In this document: in pieces, positions 32,302 to 42,574 of the stretch | Numbering within the stretch: the stretch's first letter is position 1 | How the letters are laid out: each line of letters begins with the position of its first letter | Source of the DNA: Candidatus Omnitrophota bacterium | GTDB taxonomy: Bacteria; Omnitrophota; Gorgyraeia; Gygaellales; Gygaellaceae | NCBI GenBank assembly: GCA_018400015.1 | Contig: JAGYNB010000002.1 | Location: forward strand, 52,402-116,401 | Length of the DNA: 64,000 nt | Direction: 5' to 3' | Position numbers and translations under genes: made by a program | The notes under the pieces: generated by a model | Told to the model about the DNA's origin: nothing | The model's database searches: none | The model's input: the letters and a program-made list of their open reading frames with translations, nothing else

Positions 32302-33513
32302 ATGAGAAAAAAAGTTGTTATTTTCTTTGTTTTTATATTTCTTGCTGTTTTTTCCTTTGCCCAAGAAGTAGAGGAAATCCGTATTGTTACCTATTATCCA
32401 GCGCCATACGGAAGTTATACCGAGCTTGCGGCAAGCAGGATGAAGATTGGTCCTACTTTTTCCCAAAGCGGCACAAGCGTTGGTAATGGTAATTTGATTG
32501 TGGAAAATAATGTCGCAATCGGAACTGCTACTCCAATATCTGGTGTAGCAGGTTCAGATAAGATATTAACTATTGCCGGAACCAACCCTACAATAAGATT
32601 TAATGATTTAGATGTAGGTGAAAACGATATGGAAATTCACGTGCAAAACGGGGAAATGGGTTTTTATAATCTGAGCACACTTATTATGATGTTAAAAAAC
32701 AATAATCTTGGAATTGGAACTTCTAACCCAACAGAAAGACTTCATGTTGCAGGTAATATTTTAACAACCGGTGATATTGATATTCGTGGGTCAGATATTA
32801 ATTATGGTGCGAATTCAGAGCTTCGTTTATTTGCTAATTCACCTTCTGGAACCAATCGCCGTCTTTATATCTGTGGTTATGATAGCAGTTCATCATCTGT
32901 TAAGTGCGCAAATATGTGGGTGAATGGTTCTGGGGAATTTCACCTTAATGGAAGCACTAATGATGCTTTTAATATAAATGCTCAAGGGGGTCCGCTGCTT
33001 CTTTATTCGGGAACTGGAAGTCAAATGATTTTTCATTCTACGAATTATTATCAATGGAGAAATGGCAATACCAATGCTGAGATTATGCGTTTAGACGCTT
33101 CATCTGGCAACCTCGGCGTTGGCGATACCACTCCTACAGAAGCTAAAATAGTTGCCAGAGGCGGTACGGTTGCAGGTGAAGGCGCTTATAATAATTTATC
33201 ATCTCATTCTAGTTTAAAAGACAGGTTTAAGGATATCAATGTATTAGATAAGATAAGCTCGCTTAGGATAAAAGAATGGCAGTATAAGGATGATACCGCA
33301 GAAAGGATCAATGATTACGCGAGACATCTGTATCCTTTTGCCGATGATTTTTATAAAATGTTTAGTATTGGAAAAGATGACCGCTCCATAAACGCTTTGG
33401 ATGTTGCCGGTGTTGCCTTAAAAGGTGTGCAAGAGTTAAATAAAAAAGTTGAAGATTTAGTTGTAGAAAATAAACTGTTAAAAGAGAAAATAAGTCAGTT
33501 GGAATCAAATTAA
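32302..33513 (+). CDS. secreted tail-fibre-domain protein with C-terminal endosialidase-chaperone (peptidase S74-like) domain and coiled coil
   Basis: Signal peptide; repeats NLGIGTSNPTERLHVAGNI and NLGVGDTTPTEAKIV; C-terminal SLKDRFKDIN...WQYKDD...SINALDVAGVALKGVQEL resembles the S74 intramolecular-chaperone domain. Confidence 0.6.
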   Translation: MRKKVVIFFVFIFLAVFSFAQEVEEIRIVTYYPAPYGSYTELAASRMKIGPTFSQSGTSVGNGNLIVENNVAIGTATPISGVAGSDKILTIAGTNPTIRFNDLDVGENDMEIHVQNGEMGFYNLSTLIMMLKNNNLGIGTSNPTERLHVAGNILTTGDIDIRGSDINYGANSELRLFANSPSGTNRRLYICGYDSSSSSVKCANMWVNGSGEFHLNGSTNDAFNINAQGGPLLLYSGTGSQMIFHSTNYYQWRNGNTNAEIMRLDASSGNLGVGDTTPTEAKIVARGGTVAGEGAYNNLSSHSSLKDRFKDINVLDKISSLRIKEWQYKDDTAERINDYARHLYPFADDFYKMFSIGKDDRSINALDVAGVALKGVQELNKKVEDLVVENKLLKEKISQLESN

Positions 33514-33546
33514 AATACGAATTAACCAAGAAAGGAAAGGGAAAAA

Positions 33547-33750
33547 ATGAAAAAAGAGATCCACCCAAAATACAAGGATTGTACGATTATTTGTGCTTGT
33601 GGAGAGGTGATTCATACGCGTTCCACAAAAGACAATATCCGCGTGGATATATGTTCTAAGTGTCATCCGTTCTTTACGGGAAAGCAGAAATTCATTGATT
33701 CTGCCGGACGCGTTGAAAAGTTCAGAAAAAAATACAATAAGAACAAGTAA
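33547..33750 (+). CDS. rpmE: 50S ribosomal protein L31
   Basis: MKKEIHPKY start and CxxG..CSKCHPF zinc motif. Confidence 0.9.
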   Translation: MKKEIHPKYKDCTIICACGEVIHTRSTKDNIRVDICSKCHPFFTGKQKFIDSAGRVEKFRKKYNKNK

Positions 33751-34799
33751 TGTTTGAAAAGTTTGAGGCATTGGAAAAAAGATACGAAGAGCTTGAGCAT
33801 CTTTTGGCTTCGCATGAGCTGATGAAGGATCAGGAAAAATATCAGGCTTTAGCCAAAGAGCTTGCTTCTATTGCCAAGATAGTTTCCAAATATAGAGATT
33901 ATAAAAAATCATCTGTTGAGAAGATTGATCTTGAAAAGGTCTTGTCAGAAAAGCACGAGGCTGATTTTATTCAGCTTGCCGAAGAAGAGCTTAAAAATAT
34001 CCAGAAGAAAGTTGTAGAATCAGAGGCTTCTCTTAAGGAATTTTTAGAAAGCGAGAATGACGTTCCCGATAGGGAAATAGTTCTTGAAATTCGTGCTGGA
34101 ACAGGCGGCCAAGAGGCAAGCCTTTTTGCCGGAGATTTATTCCGCATGTATACTAAATATGCCCAGTCAAAATCATGGACTGTGGAGTATCTATCAGGCC
34201 ACCCAACCGAATTAGGGGGGTTTAAGGAAGCGATTTTCGCGATTAACGGCAAAGGTGCTTATAAAAGGCTTAGATTCGAGTCTGGGGTACATCGTGTACA
34301 GCGTGTTCCGCAAACTGAGGCTTCTGGAAGGATTCATACGTCTACCGCGACTGTAGTAGTTATGGTTGAGCCGGAAGAGGTAGAGTTAAATATAGAGCCT
34401 AAGGATTTGCGCATTGATGTATACCGGTCTTCCGGACATGGCGGACAAAGTGTTAATACTACAGATTCAGCTGTACGCATTACCCATATTCCTTCAGGTT
34501 TAGTTGTTACTTGTCAGGATGAGCGTTCGCAGATAAAAAATAAAGCAAAGGCAATGAAGGTGTTGCGGGCAAGGCTTTTAGACCGCAAAGTTCAAGAGGA
34601 GCAGAAAAAAGCCACACAGATGAGGAAGTCTCAAATCGGTACAGGCGATAGAAGTGAAAAGATCCGTACCTATAATTTTCCCGAGCGGCGCGTTACCGAC
34701 CACCGGATCGGTTTTACCATTCATCAGCTGGAGAAAATAATAGAAGGAGAATTGGATTTGGTAATAGAGGCATTATTAAAAGAAGATTCCAGAAAATGA
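33750..34799 (+). CDS. prfA: peptide chain release factor 1
   Basis: GGQ motif ([13 protein letters not shown]); tripeptide region reads PQT. Confidence 0.9.
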   Translation: MFEKFEALEKRYEELEHLLASHELMKDQEKYQALAKELASIAKIVSKYRDYKKSSVEKIDLEKVLSEKHEADFIQLAEEELKNIQKKVVESEASLKEFLESENDVPDREIVLEIRAGTGGQEASLFAGDLFRMYTKYAQSKSWTVEYLSGHPTELGGFKEAIFAINGKGAYKRLRFESGVHRVQRVPQTEASGRIHTSTATVVVMVEPEEVELNIEPKDLRIDVYRSSGHGGQSVNTTDSAVRITHIPSGLVVTCQDERSQIKNKAKAMKVLRARLLDRKVQEEQKKATQMRKSQIGTGDRSEKIRTYNFPERRVTDHRIGFTIHQLEKIIEGELDLVIEALLKEDSRK

Positions 34800-35593
34800 G
34801 AGAAAGAGATCTGATACTAACCGATATTTTAGATTGTAGCCCAATTGATTTATATACTAAAAGAGTTGGTTTAACTGCTGCCCAAGAAAAAAAACTGGAT
34901 TTTATCTTAAAAAAAAGAGCGCAAGGGATTCCTTTACAGCATCTTTTGGGCAGGACTTATTTTTACAATTTACCTTTTTTGGTTAAGGAATCGGTTTTTA
35001 TTCCTCGTTTTGAAACAGAGATTTTGGTGGAAAAAGCCATTGAATTATCAGGAGATTATAAAAACTCAGAGAAAATAGATATTCTTGATATATGTTCAGG
35101 CTCAGGTAATATCTCCATTTCTTTAGCGCATAATATAAAGAATTCTCAAGTCACGGCAATAGATATTAATAAAAAAGCCATTGAGCTCTCAGAAAAAAAC
35201 GCTTGTTTGAATCATGTAGATGGGAAAATCAATTTTTTATGTGAGGATGTTTTTAAGCTAAAAGAACTTAATAGGCGGTTTGATATTATTGTGAGTAACC
35301 CCCCATATTTAAGGGATGAGGAAGTATTCAATTTGTCTGAAGAAGTATTGCATGAGCCAAAGGAAAGTCTTTTTGCAGGAGACGGATTGAGGTTTTTTCG
35401 TCATGTTTTAAAAATAGCCCCGGATTTATTAAAACAGGAAGCATATATTATTTTTGAAATCGGACATGATCAGGCTGAACAGTTAAGAAAAATCTCATTT
35501 TTAAATAAGTGTTTTACTTTTTATGAAATGATAAAAGATTACTGCGGGTTCGATAGGGTAGTAGTGATCAGATACAGAAAGAAAAATGGATAA
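34796..35593 (+). CDS. prmC: release-factor glutamine N5-methyltransferase PrmC/HemK
   Basis: NPPY motif and SAM-binding fold; prfA-prmC synteny. Confidence 0.85.
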   Translation: MRERDLILTDILDCSPIDLYTKRVGLTAAQEKKLDFILKKRAQGIPLQHLLGRTYFYNLPFLVKESVFIPRFETEILVEKAIELSGDYKNSEKIDILDICSGSGNISISLAHNIKNSQVTAIDINKKAIELSEKNACLNHVDGKINFLCEDVFKLKELNRRFDIIVSNPPYLRDEEVFNLSEEVLHEPKESLFAGDGLRFFRHVLKIAPDLLKQEAYIIFEIGHDQAEQLRKISFLNKCFTFYEMIKDYCGFDRVVVIRYRKKNG

Positions 35594-36851
35594 ACTTATT
35601 ATTGAAGGCGGTATATCCTTAAGTGGAGAGGTTACTGTTAGCGGGGCAAAAAATTCATGTCTTCCTATAATGGCAGCAACTCTTTTGACAAGCGAGCGTT
35701 GCGTTATCAAGAATGTCCCTGATCTAAGAGATGTGCATACAATGGTAAAGATTTTACGTTCTTTAGGTGCTCAGGCTGATTTTAATAATAATAGCGTTAC
35801 GATAGAAGCTAAAAACGTCAACAACCTCAAAGCTGATTATAAACTTGTTTCAACGATGAGGGCTTCTTTTTGTGTGTTGGGGCCATTATTGAGTAGGTTT
35901 AAGAAAGCAAAAGTTTCTTATCCAGGAGGATGTGTATTTGGGTTAAGACCGGTTAATCTGCATATAAAAGGATTATTAGCTTTGGGTGCTGAAATCAAAA
36001 CTCAGTCTGGCTATGTTATTGCTACAGCAGGAAAAAAATTTAAAGGTGCAACTGTATACCTGGGAGGGGAATTTGGTTCTACAGTCTTAGGAACAATAAA
36101 CGTAATGATGGCTGCAGTATTATGCAGAGGGAAAACCATTATTCAATCTGCTGCCTGTGAACCAGAAGTAGCAGATACTGGTAATTTCTTGAAGAAAATG
36201 GGCGCAGATATTACCGGGCTGGGTACTCCTACGATTGAAATTACGGGTGTACGTTTTTTAAGAGGTGTTGAATATAAGGTTATTTCTGATAGAATAGAAG
36301 CTGGTACTCTTATGCTTGCTTCTGCGATTACCAACGGGAATGTAGCCATAAAAGGCACTGATCTATCGTTTCACTCCGCATTGGTTGACCGTTTAAGGAG
36401 TGCCCGTGTTAAGATTAAGCAAATTGGCACCAGTAGTATAAATATAAAAGGCGCTTTTTACAGGAAGCCTGTAAACATTACCACACAGCCTTATCCGGGA
36501 TTTCCTACGGATATGCAGGCGCAGTTTATCAGTTTGATGAGCGTGACAAGCGGCGTGAGTGTGGTTATGGAAAAGATTTATCCGGATAGATTCATGCATA
36601 TTGCCGAACTTAATCGTATGGGCGCAAGAATTAGAAAAGAAGGTTCCTGTGCGATTATCGAGGGAGTAAGGAGCTTGAGTGCTGCAGAAGTTATGGCATC
36701 TGATTTAAGGGCTTCGGCTGCTTTGGTTTTGGCTGGTCTCGTTGCAAAAGGAAAAACCAGAATAAACCGTATTTATCATTTGGACAGAGGATATGAGGCA
36801 CTAGATGTAAAACTTAATTCTTTAGGCGCGCGAATAATTAGAAGGAAATAA
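35586..36851 (+). CDS. murA: UDP-N-acetylglucosamine 1-carboxyvinyltransferase
   Basis: Full-length MurA similarity (KNSCLPIMAATLL...). Confidence 0.9.
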   Translation: MDKLIIEGGISLSGEVTVSGAKNSCLPIMAATLLTSERCVIKNVPDLRDVHTMVKILRSLGAQADFNNNSVTIEAKNVNNLKADYKLVSTMRASFCVLGPLLSRFKKAKVSYPGGCVFGLRPVNLHIKGLLALGAEIKTQSGYVIATAGKKFKGATVYLGGEFGSTVLGTINVMMAAVLCRGKTIIQSAACEPEVADTGNFLKKMGADITGLGTPTIEITGVRFLRGVEYKVISDRIEAGTLMLASAITNGNVAIKGTDLSFHSALVDRLRSARVKIKQIGTSSINIKGAFYRKPVNITTQPYPGFPTDMQAQFISLMSVTSGVSVVMEKIYPDRFMHIAELNRMGARIRKEGSCAIIEGVRSLSAAEVMASDLRASAALVLAGLVAKGKTRINRIYHLDRGYEALDVKLNSLGARIIRRK

Positions 36852-37420
36852 TGGTTTTAGTTATAGATAATTACGATTCTTTTACCTATAATCTTGTTCA
36901 GTATATAGAAGAACAGGGTTTTTCGGCTAAAGTGTACCGCAACGATAAAATATCTTTAAAAAAGATTGCCAAGTTAAAGCCAGAGAAGATTATTATTTCT
37001 CCAGGTCCGGGCAGGCCGGAAGATTCAGGAATAACCTGTAGCTGTATAGAAGAGTTTTCTAATAAAGTTCCCTTACTTGGCGTTTGTTTGGGACACCAGG
37101 CAATAGCTTATGTTTTTGGAGCAAAGATTGTTCAGGCTAAAAAACTGATGCACGGTAAAACTTCATTGATCTATCATAATAAAAAGACGATTTTTAAAAA
37201 TCTGCCAAATCCCTTTGAAGCAACTCGCTATCATTCATTGATTGTGGATAAAAAAAGTCTCCCTGAGTGTTTCGAAGTAATTGCCCAGACTAAAGTAAAA
37301 GAAATAATGGCTATTAAACATAACAGTCTTTCTTTGTGGGGTGTTCAGTTCCATCCGGAGTCTGTTTTGACCAAATGCGGCAAGAATCTGTTGAAGAATT
37401 TTTTAGTATTGAGAAATTAA
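36851..37420 (+). CDS. trpG: glutamine amidotransferase of anthranilate/aminodeoxychorismate synthase (TrpG/PabA)
   Basis: Class I GATase motif GVCLGHQ, with His and Glu of the catalytic triad. Confidence 0.85.
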   Translation: MVLVIDNYDSFTYNLVQYIEEQGFSAKVYRNDKISLKKIAKLKPEKIIISPGPGRPEDSGITCSCIEEFSNKVPLLGVCLGHQAIAYVFGAKIVQAKKLMHGKTSLIYHNKKTIFKNLPNPFEATRYHSLIVDKKSLPECFEVIAQTKVKEIMAIKHNSLSLWGVQFHPESVLTKCGKNLLKNFLVLRN

Positions 37421-37427
37421 AATTATT

Positions 37428-38447
37428 ATGACAATAAAAAAATATTTAAATAAAATTGTTTCTAAAACTGATTTAAACAAATCAGAAGCCAAAAGTTTGT
37501 TTAACCATATTATGAAAGGTAAACTTTCTGATATCGAACTTGCTGCCGTATTGACTGCTTTAAAGATAAAAGGCGAATCGCCTTCTGAAATTGCAGGAGC
37601 TGCTTTAGCCATGCGCGAAAATATGCTTAAAGTGCATAGACCCAAGAAAAGCATTGTGTTAGATACTTGTGGTACGGGAGGTTCGGGTAAAAACACTTTT
37701 AATATTTCAACCGCTGTTGCTTTTGTAGTAAGCGGGGCGGGCATTAGTGTTGCTAAACACGGCAATAGAGGTGTATCCAGTAATTTCGGCAGTGCAGACG
37801 CCATAGAATCCTTAGGAATAAATATTAATTTAACTCCTGAACAAGCAGAATATATTCTAAAGAAAACAGGAATTGTATTTTTGTTTGCACCGCTTTTTCA
37901 TCCGGCAATGAAACATGCTGTAAACGCAAGAAGAAATCTTAAAACAAGGACGATATTTAATCTATTAGGTCCGTTGTGTAATCCGGCGTTGGCCGATGTA
38001 CAGCTTATTGGTGTATATGATGCTGCGCTTACCGAATTAATCTGCAAGACGTTGAAACAACTAAAGGTTAAAAGGGCTTTTGTTGTTCACGGTATGGATG
38101 GCCTTGACGAAGTGACGATTTCCGCAAAAACCAAGGTAAGCGAACTTAACAACAACAGAATAAAGACTTTTTATTTAAGCCCAAAGGATTTTGGCTTAAG
38201 GAAACATAATTTAAATAGTGTTACCGTTAAGAACAAGCTTCAAAATAAAAAAGCTATCATTGGTTGTCTTAATGGTAAGCCGGGAGCGAAATTAGATATT
38301 GTATTGATGAATGCGGCATTAGCGTTAGTTCTATCAGGCTGTGCTAATGGTTTTAAACATGGGTTGCGCTTAGCCGAAGAATCTATACAAAATAAAAAAG
38401 CATTAAACAAACTTAATCTTATTAAAAAATATTCTAATAACTTATAA
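37428..38447 (+). CDS. trpD: anthranilate phosphoribosyltransferase
   Basis: GTGGSGKNTFNISTA and KHGNRGVSS motifs. Confidence 0.9.
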   Translation: MTIKKYLNKIVSKTDLNKSEAKSLFNHIMKGKLSDIELAAVLTALKIKGESPSEIAGAALAMRENMLKVHRPKKSIVLDTCGTGGSGKNTFNISTAVAFVVSGAGISVAKHGNRGVSSNFGSADAIESLGININLTPEQAEYILKKTGIVFLFAPLFHPAMKHAVNARRNLKTRTIFNLLGPLCNPALADVQLIGVYDAALTELICKTLKQLKVKRAFVVHGMDGLDEVTISAKTKVSELNNNRIKTFYLSPKDFGLRKHNLNSVTVKNKLQNKKAIIGCLNGKPGAKLDIVLMNAALALVLSGCANGFKHGLRLAEESIQNKKALNKLNLIKKYSNNL

Positions 38448-39238
38448 TGAAAAAACAAGCATTTTTAAAGCAGATAATTAAGCAGAAGAAAATCCGCATA
38501 GAAGAAAGCAAAAATATGCTTTCCTTGGAAGAGATTAAACAAAAGTTGAGTCAGGCTCCCAAAACCAAGGATTTTAAAAAAATCATTTTTAAGCCTCAAG
38601 AGGTTAGTTTGATTGCTGAGATAAAGAAAGCATCTCCTTCTCAGGGTATTATCAGAAATGATTTTGACCCAGTATCGATCGCTAAGACTTATGAATCTTG
38701 CGGTGTACAGGCTGTTTCCGTTTTGACCGAAGAGGATTTTTTTAAAGGATGTATTGAGAATATAAAATTGGTTAAAGATAATACACAGATGGCAATATTA
38801 AGAAAAGATTTTATTTTAGACCCTTATCAGGTATATGAATCGCGAATTTTTGGTGCCGATTGCATTCTTTTAATCGTTTCTATATTAAAAAAAGACCTTT
38901 TAATCGAGCTTTTGGATTTGGCTTATAGTCTGGGAATGCATTGTTTAGTTGAGGTGCATAACGATGTAGAGTTAAAAAGAGTTTTGTCTTTAAAAAAGGA
39001 TTTTATTCTTGGGATTAACAATCGTAATTTAGAAACTTTTGAAGTAGATATTAAAACCAGCGAGAAAATGCTTCCTTTTATACCAAAAGGCAATACAATA
39101 GTTGTTGAAAGCGGCATAAAAAATTATCAGGATGTTTTATTTCTAAAATTCTTACGTGTGAACGCCGTTTTAATCGGTGAAACGTTTATGAGGTCTGATG
39201 ATATAGCCGGTAAAGTAAAAGAGGTAATGAATTGGTAA
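38447..39238 (+). CDS. trpC: indole-3-glycerol phosphate synthase
   Basis: IGPS TIM-barrel motifs (IAEIKKASPS, GINNRNLETF). Confidence 0.85.
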   Translation: MKKQAFLKQIIKQKKIRIEESKNMLSLEEIKQKLSQAPKTKDFKKIIFKPQEVSLIAEIKKASPSQGIIRNDFDPVSIAKTYESCGVQAVSVLTEEDFFKGCIENIKLVKDNTQMAILRKDFILDPYQVYESRIFGADCILLIVSILKKDLLIELLDLAYSLGMHCLVEVHNDVELKRVLSLKKDFILGINNRNLETFEVDIKTSEKMLPFIPKGNTIVVESGIKNYQDVLFLKFLRVNAVLIGETFMRSDDIAGKVKEVMNW

Positions 39239-39849
39239 AGATAAAAATATGCGGCATAACTAATTTTGAAGATGCTTTAAAAGCAGTTGATTTAGGAGTG
39301 GATATTCTCGGTTTTAATTTTTTCAAACGAAGCCCGCGCTATATACCGCCAAAAGAAGCGGAAAAAATAATAAAGAAACTGCCTTGTTTTATATACACCG
39401 TGGGAGTTTTCGTTAACGATGATCCCAAGTATATAAATAAAACTATTGATATTACGGGAATTCAAGCCTTGCAGTTCCACGGTAACGAGACTGTTGAGTT
39501 TTGCGATAAGTTTGATTATCCTGTGATCAAAGCATTTCGCGTAAGGAATAAGGCGAGTTTCAACGATATTCCTAATTATAATGTCGACGCATACTTGCTT
39601 GATACTTATGAAGCAAGAAAATTTGGAGGAACTGGTAAAACATTCAATTGGAGGCTTGTTAAAAACTTAAAAAAGACAAGTCTTCCGATTTTTATTTCCG
39701 GCGGACTTAATCCGAAGAATGTTGTACAGGCTATTAAAGTGACCAATCCTTACGCCGTAGATGTAAATTCAGGGATAGAAAAACATCCGGGTAAAAAAGA
39801 CCCCAAACTTATGAAAGAGTTTGTTTATAAGGCAAGAGGGACAATTTAG
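39232..39849 (+). CDS. trpF: phosphoribosylanthranilate isomerase
   Basis: PRAI family (KICGIT.., FISGGLNP). Confidence 0.85.
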   Translation: MVKIKICGITNFEDALKAVDLGVDILGFNFFKRSPRYIPPKEAEKIIKKLPCFIYTVGVFVNDDPKYINKTIDITGIQALQFHGNETVEFCDKFDYPVIKAFRVRNKASFNDIPNYNVDAYLLDTYEARKFGGTGKTFNWRLVKNLKKTSLPIFISGGLNPKNVVQAIKVTNPYAVDVNSGIEKHPGKKDPKLMKEFVYKARGTI

Positions 39850-39873
39850 TATCCTCAGAACAAAGGAGAAAAA

Positions 39874-40602
39874 ATGGTATTTCTTCTGGTATTATTGATG
39901 GCAGCGACAGCAGGGTTGTCGTTTTTTATTATCATGAATATCAATTCCTCAGAGCAGGATCAAAAATTAGCAATCAAGAGACTTCAAGATGACGTTAAAA
40001 GGAAATCTCACGAGCTTGAAGATACCCAGATTCACCTAAAAGAGTTTATCGATAAGCACCAGCAGAAAGAAAACGACAGGGAAGCCGTAAACGAACAGTT
40101 GAAGGAGCTTCATAAGCTGCGTGATATGTTAAAACAAAGAGAAACTGAGATTGCAAAGCTTACAAGGACAAATGAAGGTTTGAATAATGATTTATCTAGC
40201 GCCAAAAAGAATATGGAAAAGTTAAATACAGAGCTTGCTAGCGTCAATGAAGTATACAATGGTCTAAAAGAGCAGTACGCTGAATTGGAAAAAGAGATGG
40301 AGACTTCTAAAGATAAACCTACAGAATTTAAACCAAAACCGGCAATAGAAAAGGAACCGCCAAAAGATTTGCCAACACAAGAGAAGATTATTTCTAGTAA
40401 TACGGAAAAACCCAATGAAGCAATCAATAAAAAACCCATATTGGGAAAAGAGAACATATACACGCTTTCTAAGGATGATTCGGTTTCTTTAGATAAAGAT
40501 AAAACTTTGGACGATGTTTCTAAGAATGAAGATAAAACTTTCAAGAAGGAAGAAGAAGACAATCTCGATAACGGGGATAATAAATTATCAAGTAATCAAT
40601 GA
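39874..40602 (+). CDS. membrane-anchored coiled-coil protein of unknown function
   Basis: One N-terminal TM helix, about 130 aa of heptad-like coiled coil, low-complexity K/E/D-rich tail; no recognisable enzymatic motif. Confidence 0.5.
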   Translation: MVFLLVLLMAATAGLSFFIIMNINSSEQDQKLAIKRLQDDVKRKSHELEDTQIHLKEFIDKHQQKENDREAVNEQLKELHKLRDMLKQRETEIAKLTRTNEGLNNDLSSAKKNMEKLNTELASVNEVYNGLKEQYAELEKEMETSKDKPTEFKPKPAIEKEPPKDLPTQEKIISSNTEKPNEAINKKPILGKENIYTLSKDDSVSLDKDKTLDDVSKNEDKTFKKEEEDNLDNGDNKLSSNQ

Positions 40603-41765
40603 ATAAAAAAGGATATTTTGGAGAATTTGGTGGTAGTTTTGTTCCGGAGACCCTGGTCGCTTGTTTAAAAGAGTTGGATGCCGAATATAGTAAGGCCAGA
40701 AGGAGCACTGCTTTTAGAAAAGAGCTCTCATATTATCTGAGCGATTTTGCCGGTAGGCCTACGCCATTATATTTTGCTTCCAATATAAGTAGAATCTTAA
40801 AACTAAAGGTGTATCTTAAAAGAGAAGATCTTTTGCATACTGGAGCACACAAGATAAACAATACTCTTGGCCAGGTGATTTTGGCTAAACGTATGGGTAA
40901 AAAAAGGATCATTGCTGAAACGGGAGCTGGCCAGCATGGAGTAGCAACAGCCACAGTGGCAGCTTTATTTGGTTTGACCTGCGATATTTACATGGGACAG
41001 GAAGATATTGTCAGACAAAGGCTCAATGTTTTCAGGATGCAGCTTTTGGGCGCCAATGTTATACCTGTAAAAAACGGTTCGCAAACCTTAAAGGACGCAA
41101 TGACCGAAGCCTTGCGTGACTGGGTCACAAATGTCAGAGATACCTATTATATAATCGGTAGCGTTGCCGGTCCGCATCCTTATCCTGTAATGGTAAGAGA
41201 TTTTCAGGCAGTTATCGGAGAAGAAACAAAAAAAGAGATTGTAAAGATAACAAAAAGGCTTCCCGATTATCTTGTTGCTTGCGTAGGCGGTGGTAGTAAT
41301 GCCATGGGTTTATTCCATCCTTTTTTTAAATACAAAAAAGTAAAGTTTATCGGGGTTGAAGCAGCTGGACTAGGGATTGGTTCTAAATATCATTCTGCTA
41401 CTTTGGTTGCCGGTAAATTAGGGGTTTTGCATGGTTCCAAGTCGACAGTTTTACAAGATAAATATGGACAGATAAAAATCGCACATTCTGTAGCAGCAGG
41501 GCTTGATTACCCAGGCGTGGGGCCAGAGCACTCTTTTTATAAGAAGATAAAAAGAGCTCAATATGTTGCTGTAACAGATAATGAAGCATTGGAGGGTTTT
41601 AAATTTCTAAGCGAGAAAGAAGGAATCATTCCTGCTCTTGAAACCGCTCATGCTATAGCTTATCTAAAGAAGCTCTCAAAGAAAGCCAAGAAAAACTCAC
41701 TTGTTGTGCTTTGTTTGTCCGGCAGGGGCGATAAAGACATGGATATAGTCTATAAAAGAATCTAA
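40599..41765 (+). CDS. trpB: tryptophan synthase beta chain
   Basis: [12 protein letters not shown]-lysine motif and GGGSNAMG. Confidence 0.9.
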   Translation: MNKKGYFGEFGGSFVPETLVACLKELDAEYSKARRSTAFRKELSYYLSDFAGRPTPLYFASNISRILKLKVYLKREDLLHTGAHKINNTLGQVILAKRMGKKRIIAETGAGQHGVATATVAALFGLTCDIYMGQEDIVRQRLNVFRMQLLGANVIPVKNGSQTLKDAMTEALRDWVTNVRDTYYIIGSVAGPHPYPVMVRDFQAVIGEETKKEIVKITKRLPDYLVACVGGGSNAMGLFHPFFKYKKVKFIGVEAAGLGIGSKYHSATLVAGKLGVLHGSKSTVLQDKYGQIKIAHSVAAGLDYPGVGPEHSFYKKIKRAQYVAVTDNEALEGFKFLSEKEGIIPALETAHAIAYLKKLSKKAKKNSLVVLCLSGRGDKDMDIVYKRI

Positions 41766-41766
41766 T

Positions 41767-42567
41767 ATGAAGATGAATAGGATTCAAAGAAAATTTATTG
41801 ATTTGAAGAAGAAGGGCAAGAAAGCTTTTATTGCTTTTTTGACTGCAGGATTTCCTTCGATAGATAAGACCTATAAACTTGTTCTTGATTTTGAAAAAAG
41901 GGGAGTTGATCTTATTGAGATCGGTGTTCCTTTTTCCGATCCTTTAGCCGATGGTCCAGTGATTCAGAAAGCCTCAAGTTTTGCTTTAAAAAAAGAAGTA
42001 ACTTTGGAAAAAATATTGTTTTTGGTAAAAAAAATAAGGACGAAAAGCCAGATTCCGATTTTGCTAATGAGCTATTACAATCCGATATTGCATTTTCCAC
42101 AGGAGCGTTTTATTGAACACGCTCATCAAGCAGGGGTAGATGGATTGATTATTCCCGATCTTCCACCGGAAGAGGCTGCAGTTATTTTAAAGAAAGCTAA
42201 TAATTTCAATGTTGATATAGTTTTTTTTGCCGCCCCTACGAGTTCTAATTTTCATATAGAGCGGGTTTCTCACTTTTCAAAAGGTTTTATTTATTATATA
42301 AGTGTTACCGGGGTAACTGGCGTAAGAAATAAGCTTGCGGTTGATTTAGCAAAGAATATAAAAAAAATTAAACTCCTGACAAAGAAACCGGTTTGTATTG
42401 GTTTTGGTATTTCGTCAGCTAAACATGTAAAGGAAGTTTCTCGATTCTGCGATGGTGTTATTGTTGGTAGCGCAATCGTAAGTAAGATCGCAGAAAATAT
42501 CAATACTTCCGATATGGTCAAAAAAGTCGGTAAATTTGTAGAAACTCTTGCTAACGCAACAAAATAA
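41767..42567 (+). CDS. trpA: tryptophan synthase alpha chain
   Basis: TrpA TIM-barrel similarity (GVPFSDPLADGP). Confidence 0.85.
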   Translation: MKMNRIQRKFIDLKKKGKKAFIAFLTAGFPSIDKTYKLVLDFEKRGVDLIEIGVPFSDPLADGPVIQKASSFALKKEVTLEKILFLVKKIRTKSQIPILLMSYYNPILHFPQERFIEHAHQAGVDGLIIPDLPPEEAAVILKKANNFNVDIVFFAAPTSSNFHIERVSHFSKGFIYYISVTGVTGVRNKLAVDLAKNIKKIKLLTKKPVCIGFGISSAKHVKEVSRFCDGVIVGSAIVSKIAENINTSDMVKKVGKFVETLANATK

Positions 42568-42574
42568 TCAAGAT

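Noticed and set aside
32302-33513. Prophage remnant interpretation of the tail-fibre-like gene
   Set aside because: No integrase, terminase, capsid or other phage genes, and no att-like repeats nearby; it is flanked and translationally coupled to rho and rpmE. Reported as a domesticated surface protein instead.
40110-40562. 150-aa minus-strand ORF antisense to the coiled-coil gene
   Set aside because: Mirror image of the low-complexity K/E-rich sense gene, with no start context or motifs.
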